From assembly GCA_013265495.1 (NCBI GenBank), contig MU057989.1, positions 1,381,513 to 1,445,512 of the forward strand: a stretch of DNA of 64,000 nt, given 5' to 3'. Source of the DNA: Vicugna vicugna. Lineage: Eukaryota. Of this stretch, positions 26,451 to 64,000 are shown piece by piece (position 1 is the stretch's first letter; each line of letters opens with the position of its first letter). Both the position numbers and the translations under genes were made by a program. The notes beneath the pieces were generated by a model. That model had not been told where the DNA came from. It made no database searches and saw only the letters and a program-made list of their open reading frames with translations.

Positions 26451-26949
26451 AAGCCCTGTGGAGACTGAGAAGGGTCAGAGAGGAGGGAGGGCAAAGGGTG
26501 GTCCAGAGTGTCCCGTGCAGTAGTACAGGACAGACAAGCCTTAACATGCCAGAGGCTGGGTGGAGATCTGATGACCCTTCAAAGTCCACCAAATGGCAGA
26601 GGATTTGAGCGCCAGTGAGAGCCTAAAATTTAGTAAGATGGAACTGGGTTCAAGTTTTGGACCGTACTACTGTGTGGCCTTGTTCAAAGTACTCAATTTT
26701 CTAACCACAAATGGGATTAAATATAATACCAGCTTCATAGAGCTATTGTGAGGATGGACTGGCTCACTGTGGTCAGGTCACTTTGCCTGGTTCTTGGCAT
26801 TCAAGACAAATGGTGGCTGTTACTATTTGCTATCCTTTCAGTGCCCTGGGCCTCAGTTCCCTCACTAAAATTGAACTGCTATCTCTCACTTGCTCCAAGG
26901 AATCAAGGAATAAACGCGATGATTGAATTGTATTTTTGCACTAAAAACT

Positions 26950-27550
26950 AAAGGCAAATGTTTGTCAAAAGAATAAACATAGGGTCACTAACAATTCTGC
27001 TCATAAGAAAATGCCCAGGAGAAATGAATACATATGTCCACACAAAAACCATACACAAATATCTATAGCACTTGTTCATACTCATAGCATGAATATTCAC
27101 ATTCACCATAGCCAAAAAAAATGGAAACAACCCAACAGCTAATAAATAATCAACAAAATGTGGTCTGTCCATACAATGGGATGTTATTCGGCCATTAAAA
27201 AGAAATGAAATTCTCACATGTGCTTCAACACGGATGAACCTTGAAAACATGCTGAATGAAAGAAATGAGTCACACAGTAACACATATTGTGTGATTTATG
27301 TGAAATGTTCAGAATAGGCAGATCTGTAGAGATGGAAAGCTTAGTGACTGCCTAGGGCTGGGAGAATTCAGGGGAAATGGAGGCAACTGCTAATGGGTAC
27401 AGGTTTTATTTTGGGGGTGGTAAAGATGTCCTAAAATTATTTGTTGTGACAGTTGCACGACTCTGTTGATGTACCAGAAGCCACTGAATTGTACACTTAA
27501 TATGAGTGAATGTGAATTACATCTTAAAATAGTTACCAAAGAAAAAAAAA
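26950..27550 (+). mobile_element. L1M 3' end fragment
   Basis: atggaaacaaccca...gatgaaccttgaaaacatgct...gaagccactgaattgtacactt followed by an A tail. Confidence 0.85.
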
Positions 27551-29059
27551 GAGAGACTCTACCCAAAGCAACTCGGAAAAATTCAGACACGTAATGAAAC
27601 ACCAAAGTAAAGGCAAGCCCCCACCCACTCTGTGCAGAGAGAGGGTGATGTTTTCAATGTTATTTGCTATAGAATCCTCGTGAGGTGTATCTGAGACCTG
27701 GAGCCCACGACTGTCCCAGGAGGTGGCAGGAGCTGTCATTGGCAGTCCTGCAGCGTAACTGCTTGTCTCAGGTTCTCCTGGGGAGTGTTCACTTTCTGCA
27801 GACGCCTCCCTCTTCAAGACTGCACACACACGTGGTTACTTCTGTCACCTGACTCCTCCTCCAGTCTCTGACCAGCTGTCCTTTGAGTCCAGATTTTACT
27901 GTAGCTGGGGCAGCTGGAGCACCTCACACCTTTGGTGACAGGTACTTTTGGGCCCTGCCACTAGATCATCCTCCTGCCACTGGAGGAACAACTGTTGGCC
28001 TTCAACGGAGCTGGCCCATGGGTTTCCTGAGAACTTTCATCCAACTATATGCCTCCCGGGTTGTGTAGAAAACACCCCTCAGGTGGGAAAAGTCAGAGCT
28101 CCTCCATCCTCTCTAAACCAGTGCCATCTGCTGGCAAAACCATGGCGCTCGTAATGAGGTGGCTTCCCCTGCTGGCCTTTCCTTCCTAACTTGGAGCCTG
28201 TGTTGCAGAGCGCCAGGGCGGGGGCAGTGTTCAGCCCACTGACTTTAATTCTTTTAGACCAGAGCAAAAATGAGGCCTGATTCTTACATGGAGACCCAAA
28301 GGAAAAGTGCATGTCTTAAGTACTGAGCTTGATGCATGTTCATGAACCTCACACGTTAGTACACCAGGTCAGGACACAGAGCGTGACCTCCTCTCCCCAG
28401 CAATCTCCTCTGTGCCCCCTTCCACTCACTGTCCCCTCACAAGGAAGTTACTAGCCTGACTACTATGAATAGATTCGTTTTGCCTGTTTCTGTATCTTCT
28501 ATTACAAGTTGGAGCCAGTTGGAGCATCCTGTGTACAGTTGTGTAATGCTACACTGCAGGTAACTAAAGGGTTCTGCCCTTTGGAGCAGAGCCTGAGCAC
28601 CACCAGGTGCCTCTCTCCTCCCACAGTCCTCTGCGTCCTCCTTAACCCCCCTCCACCCATCAGGCTGATGCATCTGGCTTGAAAAGCCTCAAACACAATC
28701 ACGTAATCATTTTGAGAGATGCAGCTAACATCCCTGAGCGCTTATTTCATGCCAGGTGCCATGCTAAGCTCTTTACACACACCCCTCTCTCCATTCCCAC
28801 AAGGAGCCTGTGTGCATTTACCTAAAGGTGAGCAGAGAGGATAACATGCTCAGAGTTGCAGAGCCGGTGGCCAGCAGACCCCCACTCTTGTGACTCTAGA
28901 CTGATTTCTCACCTCACAAGCTGCTCTCCAGAGACAATGTGAGCCAGCACAAACAAGGTGAATAAGGAAGCTTTCAGACTCAGGCCAACTCTGCAAAAAT
29001 CTGTCTTTACACCCAGCACAGGACAGGAAGGGAGCACACCACCGCTGCAGAATCCGTGT

Positions 29060-29695
29060 TGTCAGTGATTGATTTATTTGAATTGTTGCAGATTCCCAGA
29101 CCTTTAACATAGAAAAGAGCACTATGCATGCAGCATGATGCATTGTCACAAACTGAACACACCGAGGTACCCACCTCCCAGCAACCTGCTTTCCAAGCGT
29201 GAGGTCACCCCGGGGCCACCACGCTCCTGACTTCTTACAGCAAAGTTTAGTTTTCTCCCTTTCTGAAATTTTTATAGAGATGAATTTATATGATATGAGC
29301 TCTTTTGTATGTGGCTTCTCTGGCTCAATTTTATATCCATGAAAGTCATCCATCTTGTTGTACGTAGTTGTCAGTGTTTATTCTCATTGTCATATAATAG
29401 TCCATTATGTGAATAGACTGCAGTTTGTCTGTTTTGGTATTCATGGGCATCTGGGTGGGAATTTTTGGCTATTCTGATATTGTCACAGACTTTCTAGTAC
29501 TTGATGTGAGCGTATTTCTGTTGAGTGCCCACCGAAGGGTGGAGTGGCTGGGTCATAGGGTATTCTTGTGTTCAGCTTTGTAGACCCTGCCACAAAGTTT
29601 CCCAAAGTGCTTCTACCAACTCACATTCCACCAGAACATATGAGGGTTCTGTTGGTCATACCCTCACCAACACTTGGTATTGCCAGACCTTCAAA
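29060..29695 (-). mobile_element. Old L1 fragment
   Basis: caaagtgcttctaccaactcacattccacc...ccctcaccaacacttggtattg. Confidence 0.65.
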
Positions 29696-30319
29696 TATAA
29701 ATGCTAAATGATTCTAAATGGAAACATGAATGATATCAATGTTAACATCTGTATAACATTTCTATCATAAATATAGCCCATGAGAGTTAACAGCTCCTTT
29801 GTTAATTTGTCATCCAATTTAGCAAACATTTATTGAACCCTTTCTATGTGTTGAGCTGTGTGTTCTGGGGCTAGAGAGACAGAGATGGAGAAAGGTCTCT
29901 GTCCTGAAGGAACCCCAGAAACACCTTATCTTCAGGTCCCAGCTCAGACATCACCTCTGCAAACAAGCTTCCCTGATTGCCTGCTTCACTTTCTTCATAG
30001 CACACACATCATCTGAGTTACCCTATTTATCTATTTGTTTACTTGTTTTCTGTCTTCATGAAGGCAGGAATCTTGTCTTTTTGGTGTGCTCCAGCCCCTG
30101 GAACAGTTTCTGGCACATAATTGACTTTCAATAAATATTATTTACTCAAAGAAATGAGTGAATGAGTGAGTGAATAAGTGATTGACAGGATGAGAGCTGA
30201 ATCTTAGATTCAAGTCCTGGTCCTGCCACTTATTAGCTATGTGTGACTTCCAGTGAATTATTTAAGTTTTCTGATCCTTACTTCCTCCTCTATAAAACAG
30301 AAGTGCTTGAACTGGCAGA

Positions 30320-30780
30320 TTAAAGAACTAGTGAGCTTGAAGCTAGATTGATAGACATTATGCAATCTGAAGAATGAGGAGAAAATGAAGAAAATGAAAC
30401 AAATGAAAATAAAATGAAAAATGAAAAGAACTTCAGGGAAATGTGCACCAACATACTTATAATGGGAGTATCAGAAGGAGAGGAGAGAAAGGAGAAGAAG
30501 AAATACTCAAAGAAATAATTCCTGAAAACATCCCAGATGTACTTAAAAAATTGATCTACACATCGAAGGGTGTCAACAGTCTCCAAGTGGGACAAATGCA
30601 AAGAGATCCACACCCATGTATGTCATAGTTAAAAGACAAAACAAAGAAAATAACCTTGAAAAGATCAAGAGAAGAATGACTCATCACCCATCCTAATAAG
30701 ATTAACAGCTAACTTATCATCAGAAACAATGGAGGCCAGAAGGCAGTGGAACAATATACTCAAAGTGCTAAAAGAATAAG
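30320..30780 (+). mobile_element. L1 ORF1-region remnant
   Basis: ataatgggagtatcagaaggagaggagag...cagaaacaatggaggccagaaggcagtggaacaatatactcaaagtgct. Confidence 0.8.
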
Positions 30781-31489
30781 GGTGATCCCTGCCTTGTAGT
30801 AGTATTGTTTGGATTAAAGAAATTGTGAATTCAGTGTCTGATCACAGTGGTTCCCTGAACACATTATTAAGGTGCATTGGGTGTAGCTTCAAATTTTCTT
30901 CAAGTTCTTTGGTGTTATTTGTTCTCTCCTATATGAGAAATCAGGGGAAGCTCAATATTGTTATGGCAGATGGTAAAATCAGCCTTCCTATACTCACCTG
31001 GAGGTTGTCAAAAGAAGCAGATATCTCCATTTGTGCTCCTTCCTAGGAGAAAGGTTCTCTACAAATGACTGTTTTATTCATTCTGACATTTAGTATTTAA
31101 TGAGCACCTATTATGTCCTTTTTGCTAGAAGCCATCTCCTATTGGAAGTAAGATATACTCTACCTCCAGGAACTCACAGATTAGTCAGGGAGAATAGCAT
31201 TAATCAAATAGCTGCGCAGATGACCATGACAAGCATGTGAAGGAAAAACGTGAGAAATGTGAAGATTCCAGAGTAGAGGACATTTCCCAAATCAAGGGGG
31301 TGAGAAAGCTTCCCTTGGAAAATGATGGCTGAGCTGAAGTTTGAAGGATAAGTAGGAGTTCCCTTTCCCCAGTAAAGATGGGAAGGAAAAGTGTTTCAGG
31401 CAGGGAGACTATGTGTGCAAAGGGCCCAGGGCAGGAAGAATTAGGACAAGGACAGGGGGACTAAAAGAAAGTTAATTTGAAAATTATGT

Positions 31490-32450
31490 CAGGTAAGTGG
31501 TTAATATTCAGAAGATATAAAGAATTCCTATAACTCAATGACAACAACAAAAAACATCCCAATTAAAAAATGGGCAAAGGTCTTGATCAGCTGTTTCTCC
31601 AAAAAAGATATACAGATGGCCAATATGCACATGAAAAGATGCTCAACATCACTAATCATTAGGGAAATGCAAGTCAAAACTACATTGAGATACCACATCA
31701 CACCTGTTAGGATGGCTATTACAAGAAAAACAGAAAATAGCAAGTTCTGTTGAGGATGCAGAGAAATTGGAACTTTTGTGTATTGCTGGTGGGAATGTAA
31801 AATGATAAAGTGGAAAACAGTATGGCAGTTTCTCAAAAAACTAACCATACAGTTACCACATGATTCAGAAATTCCATTTCTCTGGGTATATGCCCAAGAG
31901 AATTGAGAGGAGGGGCTTGAACAGGTTTTCAAATACACCCATGTTCGTAGCAGCATTATTCACAATAGCCAAAATATGAAAGCAGCCCAAGTAGCCGTCA
32001 TCCACCAACAGATGAATGGATGTGCAAAGTGTGGTGTACAAATACCAGGGAGCGTTATTCAGCCACAAAAAGGAAGGAAATTTCTGACGTACGCTGCAGC
32101 ACGGATTAACCTTGGGAACATTGTGCTAAGTGAAATAAGCCAGTCACAAAAGAACAAAAACTGTATAAGTCTGTTTCCATGAGATACCTAGATTAGTCAA
32201 GCTCACAGAGACAGAAAGTAAAAGGTTGGTTGCCAGGGGCTGGGGGAGATGGGATGGGGAGTTATTGTTTAATGGGGACAGAGTTTTTCATTTAGGAAGA
32301 TGAGAAAAATTCTAGAGATGGATGATGATGATGACTGCACAACAGTATGAATGTAGTTGATGCCATGGAACTATGTACTTAAAGTTGTTAGAATAATTAA
32401 GTTTCGTGTTATGTATATTTTACCACAATTGAAAAAAAGAAAGAAAAGAA
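31490..32450 (+). mobile_element. L1 (L1MA/MB-type) 3' end
   Basis: Decayed ORF2 C-terminus ([27 protein letters not shown]) plus 3'UTR and A-rich tail. Confidence 0.9.
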
Positions 32451-33014
32451 AATCAATGTGCTCTAGTCAGCAGAGGGAGCTTCTGTGAGTTGAGACCAAA
32501 GAGGTGAGAGAGTGTCCAGCCACATACCCTGTAGACCACGTCAAGTGGTTTGGTCTTTGTCCTAGGCACAGGTCTGCAGGACTAGGCATGGACAAGGAGG
32601 GGAGAGGATAGACCTGGGAGATAGTAAGGAGGAAAAGTCAATAGAGCCTGATGAAGGATGTGATGTGGGTGGCTGGGGGGAGGAAGGCATCTAGAAGACC
32701 CCTGGGCCTGTCCCACAAGCCCTGGAAACCTCTGGTCTGAGGTCTTATTAAGTGAGCTGGACAGTGTCTTGTCCAGGTACCAGTGCAAATGTAGGCTTAT
32801 ATTTTCTGTCCCCCAAGAAGAAATTTGGGTACCTACTGCCCTACTCCCACCTGGACACACCCTCCTGGGTGGTGGGCATCAGGGGACCCAGCAAGTCCAG
32901 GTTATGATTGGCTGTGGCCTCCCCTGGACACCCAGATGCCCCTCCCCACTGAGTTCCATCTGTGTTTTCCTCACGTTTAGCCAGCCTCATAAATGAACAC
33001 TTTGAACCAGTCGG

Positions 33015-33250
33015 AAGTTCTTGGTTACAAGCAGCAGAAACTGACTCTGGTTACCTGAGCAGAAAAGGACTTGACTGGAAGGTCACAGTTGCTCACAGAG
33101 CCTATGTTTCTGGCTGGGGAGCCCAGCTCGAGTGGGAACCAGGAAGCTGGTTCTGGTCAAGATGCCACCCGGATAGCCTGCCTGGGAAGTTTAATGTGCA
33201 TTGTCCAGTGACCCAGCTGCTGGACCCTTGACTGCACTATAGTTGTCCTG
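33015..33250. mobile_element. MLT1-type LTR fragment
   Basis: ttggttacaagcagcagaaactgactctggttacctgagcagaaaagg. Confidence 0.6.
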
Positions 33251-35799
33251 AAAACTCCCTTCCCTTTCCATCCGCCCCTCATCCTAGTGAGATAAGGACT
33301 GAACGTGGTAAGTGGCTGAGTCACTGCAGTTCCACAGACCGCCCCCCAACACACACACACAGATGCCTCCCCCCAGGGCCTCACAGCTTTCTGCAGGTTA
33401 GTCCAGAGCTGATTTACATTGGAAAAGTTTTTTTTAAAACATTGCTCTTGAAATTCAGGACCAGGGACAGCAGTTGCCTTGTTGATCTTTCACATTTAAC
33501 CACAAGGGAGACCTTGGTAGGTGGGGTGGGGTCTAACTGGAACTTTAGCTTCTGAGTAGGGGGTGGGCCACCTGCACCTGTCGTGCAATCCCCCACCTCC
33601 ACCCCCACCCTAAATAAGCAGAATGTCCAGATACTCGGCACCCAGGAAGTGCACATGTTCACCACAAGCTCTAATCCTCCCCCAGCAGCCCTAGCCTCCC
33701 CGCTCAGTCCTTCCCAGAGCGAGAGAGGAAAGGTCACTTGGTCATCATTCTTAGCTCTTTATCCAGCAAGAAAGACAGTTTGTCTGGGCGAAGCGGAAGA
33801 ATGGGACTGTGCAGAACTGATTTAATCATTGACCTCAATTTATTGGGAAGGGAAAAAACACTATTGCTTCTTTCCAATCATATTAATTGGCTTCTGGCTC
33901 CGACAGCCATTCAAAGAATGTCCCGGTGACAAGTTTGTCCTGAAATTGTCTGAATTAGGGTTCTGCCATCACAGCTGAGTGGTGCCAGCTCACAGATGCT
34001 GTGTGCTGACCTAAGGGCAAAATCCCTCCTCAGGAACACCAGACCCTCCAGGAAGCTGGGAACACCCTGTGGGTGGCCTCTTTCACACAAGCGGCCAAGT
34101 CTCCAGGTCTTCCAGTTTTATAACAAGTTTTAATTTTTAGACCTGAGATGACATGAGTTTTAAACTTTATGGATCCTTTCAAGTCTAACACGGTGACTTT
34201 TTTTTTGCATTTCCATCATAAATGTTTTGATTTAGCAGCATCAGATCACCTGCAGCATGCACAACCTTCCCACATCTTGCTGTTCCTTAGTGTGAAATGA
34301 ACGAACACCTGTGTGTATGTTGGTGCAGGTGGGGAGGGCCATGACCAGGTGCGCTGGTACACTGCTGGGGAGGCCACAAGGGTGTGAATCCCAGGGGCTA
34401 TCTTTGGGGTACACATTGGAGGCTGGCTGCTCCAACAAGCCTATTTGTGTCCATCCCCCACTCTTGTTTTGTCATGTTCAGTTTTATTCATAACTCCTTT
34501 CACTCCCTGAGGTTATTTTTGTCCTTTCTTGCAAAATAAGTGTCTGTCTCCCCCACTAGCCTGCACACTCCATGAAATCAGAGACCTCCTCAGACCTCAT
34601 TGAGATCCCCTTCGTTATTAAAAGCAGCATCTGACACACAATAGGTGCTCAGCAAATATTGGTGGAAGGAAAGAATGAAGAGTCAGTGCCAGGTCCAGTG
34701 CCGGGTGCTGGGAAACATATCAGTATCTCTGTGGTGTGCTGGCAGCCCTTATCTTGAATGCCTGAGACGAGATTGGGCTGTTTGAGGTGAGTTCCCACCT
34801 CCCTGAAGGTGGAACGTGGGCTGATTCAGTAGCTTCGCTTCCTTGGATCCCGGAGGAGCACACACTGTGGGCCCTGGGGGCTACCAGCATGTCTTCCTAA
34901 ATGCTCGTGTCTTGGCTTCAGAGTGAGCTGGGGACTAATAACACCCCTGCCCACCAGGACTACTAAGACGCAGACCTCCCAAGACACAGGAGCGGCTTCA
35001 GGTGCTGGCTATCCCCCCAGATGGCAAAGAACTGCTTGGTCGTTACACCCACTTAGCCAGCCTGGCCCCCAGGGTCCGAGAATTGCTTTGGATTCTGTTG
35101 CTCACATTTTTTGTAAGGCCTGTGGGGAGTGTGGTCTGGCCCCACCTCTCCAGCCTTGTTGCTACACTAAAACTGCCCATTTCCCCTTTTCTTTCCTTAC
35201 CTTCCCTTGCCCACCTGGGCAAGTCTTGCTTATGGTTCTGTAATAATTCAGCTCCATGGTCCCCCATCTGCAGGTCCAAAGTCCAAAAACCCTGACCGCT
35301 GACCCTTGGATTTTGCCTAAGGTCTTGCCCCTCCAGCCAAGACCACGAGGAACCCAGCTGTCCTTGAGCAAAATTAGGTTTATGGATTTTTGCCACAAGG
35401 GAGAACACACACCATGAGTGTTTTGATCACCTCCTGTTGTTGGGGAGGGACCCTGCCCTCAGTAGTGCCACACCTGGCACTGCACAGGTGAGATCCACAC
35501 GTATACTGGCAGTGGGAGAAAGAGGGCACTTGGGGTTGCTCTGGGGAGCAGAGTGAACCTGCAGGGGCTGTAGATGCAGGCTTTGTGGTAATGGGGGTGG
35601 AGTGGGTGCTCCCTGGGTCCTGCAGGAGGATGTGATGGGCTAGTCTGAGTAATTTCACAGGCTGGCAGGGAACTGAAGACCCTCAGGCTGAGGACTGGGT
35701 GGAATGCAGCTGGTCTGTCGGGTTGGGGAACTAGTGGTGGGGGGCCCTTCCTGCTTGGGGTGGGGAGCACATCTGACAAGAGCAGGGGAACTCAAGGGG

Positions 35800-36650
35800 G
35801 CCTTTGAGACCCAAAGATGTCAAGGCAACACTTTCATTTTCAGTCTAACAAGACAGTGGGGAACTCAGGGGCATCTCACGAAAGGGTTAAAGTAGTAGGA
35901 CTTGTTCTAGAATCTGGGCCCTTGTTAGGTGATGGGAGCAGTGTCCTGGATTGGGTGCTGTCAGGAAGCAGCGGTAATTCTATGACCTGTTTACAATGTT
36001 GTGTCAATTTCTGGTGTACAGCACAATGCTTCAATTGTACATGAATATACATATATTCGTTTTCATATTCTTTTTCACTGTAAGCTACTACAAGATTTCT
36101 AATTTAATTCCCTGTGCTATACAGTATAAACTTGTTTGTCTATTTTATATACACCAGTCAGTATCTGCAAATCTTGAACTCCCAGTTTATCCCTTCCCAC
36201 TCTGTTCCCTGCTGGTAACCATAAGTTTGTTTTCTATGTCTGTGAGTCTGTTTCTGTTTTATAAATAACTTCTTCTTTTTTTTTAAGATTCCCCATATGA
36301 GTGATATCATATGGTATTTTTCTTTCTCTTTCTGGCTTACTTCACTTAGGATGACAATCGCCAGAGCCATCCATGTTGCTGCAAATGGCATTATTTTATT
36401 ATTTTTTATTAACCAGTCTTATCTCGAAGGCAGGAGGAACAAAGTGAAGCTAACAGTCTAGCTGGTCGAGGAGCAGCGGTCACTTGCTCAGCCAGGACAG
36501 GGGCCATGTGGCTGTGTTTGTGGTTTGGACCACGTTCTGTTCTTGTCTCAGCTCAGGCATGATCACGACTGGTCTTGTTTGATCTGAGCCCATCATGGGG
36601 CAGAGCAGCCCTGTTGGTCCAGATTATGTGAGGTTGAGTTCACAGGAGTG
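35800..36650. mobile_element. ERV-LTR-like element interrupted by an L1 3' fragment
   Basis: LTR-like text (ggattgggtgctgtcaggaagc...tcttatctcgaaggcaggaggaacaaagtg) flanks the L1 piece; family uncertain. Confidence 0.45.
35990..36410 (-). mobile_element. Artiodactyl/camelid L1 3' fragment
   Basis: ggtaaccataagtttgttttctatgtctgtgagtctg; minus-strand MPFAATWMALAIVILSEVSQKEK (ORF2 C-terminus). Confidence 0.9.
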
Positions 36651-36899
36651 GACCAAGGCCCCTCTAACCAGGCCAGCTCCCCTGTCCAGGCTACTTTTTG
36701 CTCTTCCTCCACACTCCACCGTCTTCTAGCCAAGGGCAGAGGAGTCGGCCCGGAGGGCGCTCATCTCGGTGTCCAGAGCTTCCCCATTGCCAGAGGGAGC
36801 GGGTCAGGAGGTTGTACAGAAGATGCCGTCGTAGCTGGACCTTCTTTTGTGCAGGCGAGCTGTCCGATCCTCTTGTGGGGCAGTCACTGCTCTCAAGAC

Positions 36900-62267
<25,368 letters not shown>

Positions 62268-62539
62268 GTAAGTTCCCCTAGGGGTCATCTGGGTCCACCC
62301 CTCCCATCTGGATTCCTCCCTCACCCTCTAAACCCTGCGGTGCCTGTGGGGTTCTGTATGCATCATGTCATTAGCTCCCCGCCCTGGGCAAGGTACTGGC
62401 ATCTTTCTTCACCAGCCGTGTCAGGTACCTTCTGTGTCCAGGGATGGAGTTGGCTCCAAGAGGAAAAAGATGGAAGGAAACAGGAAAAGCTGAACTTGGC
62501 GGGGCTTCCTTACACATATTTTTATGGTTTAATACTTCT

Positions 62540-63125
62540 GTTTATTTATTGAGGTGAAATTCATGTAACATAAAATCAACCGTCTTCAAGTGAACAATCC
62601 AGTGCGATTTAGTGCACATTCACCTCTAATTCCAAACTGTTTTCATCTCCCCAGAGGAAACCCCAGACCCATCAGCACTCACTCTCATTCCTCTCCTCCG
62701 GCCCCTGACGACCACCAGTCTATTCTCTGTCTCCGTGGATTGGCCCACTCTGGACGTTTCATATGAATGGAACCATACACTATATCGCTTTCGTGTCTGG
62801 CGTCTTTCACTGACCATCACATTTTCAAGGTTCATTCATGTTGTCCCGTGTGTCAGCGCTTCATTTCCTTTTATGGCTGAATAATTTTCCATTCTGTGGA
62901 CCGGCCACATTGTGTTGATCCATTTACACGTTAAGGGACATTTGGGTTGTTTCCCCCTTTAAGTTTTTGTGAACAGTGCTGCTGGGAACCTGTGTGGACC
63001 TGTATTTGTTTGAACCCGTGTTTTCAGTTCTTTTGAGCATAAACCTTAGTATGCAAGTGCTGAGTCATATGGTAACTCTATGGTTAGCTTTTTGAGGAAC
63101 CACCAAACACTCCAATGGTGGTTTA
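62540..63125 (-). mobile_element. L1M 3' fragment
   Basis: ctctggacgtttcatatgaatggaaccatac...tttttgaggaaccaccaaac. Confidence 0.85.
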
Positions 63126-63389
63126 AGAGCCACGACCTTGCAGCACCCGCGGCCTCTGCACGGCTGGCCTGTTCCTGGTGGCCGGTGAAGCTCACCACCC
63201 CACACCCGTCCATGTGCATGGAGGGGCTTGGGAGCTATGTCCAGAATTCTTCTTTTAAACCACAGATATCTGGTTGTATCATTATTTATAATATTTTTTA
63301 AAAAAGAAGAAGAAAGGAAACGATCTGAAGTGGTTAATGAGTCACAGTACATTCACATCAGCCAGTAGGGTGAGTTGTAGAGGCCCACC

Positions 63390-63570
63390 TCACACAGACC
63401 CTCTGAGATGTGGAAATGTTCCGTAGCTGCACTGTCCAGTGCAGTAGCCGCTGGCGAGTGCTTGAAAGATGGCCAATGTGGCTGAGAAACTAAATGTTTA
63501 ATTTTACTTTAATTTAGTTCATTTAAATAATTTAAATGAGGCCCGTGGCTGCCACATTGGATGGCACAGT
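63390..63570. mobile_element. MER3-like hAT MITE
   Basis: gatgtggaaatgttc...gcactgtccag...gagtgcttgaaagatggccaatgtggctgagaaact. Confidence 0.7.
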
Positions 63571-63939
63571 CATGGAAGAATATTGAATGACCTAGAAGAA
63601 TGTTTGCAATCACTTAAAGGAGAAAACCCAACTGGGATGTGTGTTATGATCCTACTTTTGTTAAAAAAAATAAACATGGAAAAATGCTGGAAGGACACAT
63701 ATCAAATTACTTGTCACGTGGTTACAGTGCTTTCCTCGTTTTTTTGTGCTTTTCTATACTTTCTAAAATGCTGACAATCAATACGCATTACTCTACATTT
63801 TTATTGTGGCTTAACATACATACAGCAAAGTACACAAACATTTATTATACAACCTGGCGAGTTTTCACATGTGTACACACCTTGGGAACCACCACTCCGA
63901 TCAAGATGTAGAACAGCTCCAGCTCCTCCAAAGCCTGAT

Positions 63940-64000
63940 GTTTTACTTTATCTTTGTTTTTATTTTATCTTTTTAATAATTTTTAAGGGGAGGAGGTAAT
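63940..64000 (-). mobile_element. Tail of another Vic-1-like SINE, truncated by the window edge
   Basis: T-rich tail followed by ggggaggaggtaat. Confidence 0.7.

Overview
Mammalian genomic DNA, most likely a camelid, because of nine copies of a tRNA-derived SINE matching the camelid Vic-1 family. The window carries two divergently oriented spliced genes. (1) CDIP1 on the minus strand is complete: 4 coding exons in 2171-3719 give a 208-aa LITAF-domain protein, with a ~1.8 kb 3'UTR, a ~20 kb first intron and a CpG-island promoter at ~23.7-24.95 kb. (2) The C16orf96 orthologue on the plus strand shows 11 intact coding exons in 37580-62267 (~806 codons) and continues past the window end. The first ~70 bp probably hold the poly(A) site of the tail-to-tail neighbour HMOX2 (inferred from synteny). 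The rest is ordinary repeat-rich intronic and intergenic DNA (L1, L2, MIR, MLT1, Charlie1a, MER5A/20/33/82), and almost all ORF-track entries are spurious. I found no convincing novel biological system. The most notable observations are an apparent start-codon replacement in C16orf96, RFX/MYB motif clusters, a CLEAR-like/CRE cluster at the CDIP1 promoter, a 42-bp micro-L1 insertion with a 19-bp TSD, two recent tandem duplications, and a strongly skewed SINE distribution with inverted pairs. Repeat boundaries are approximate and family names come from recognition, not from a database search.
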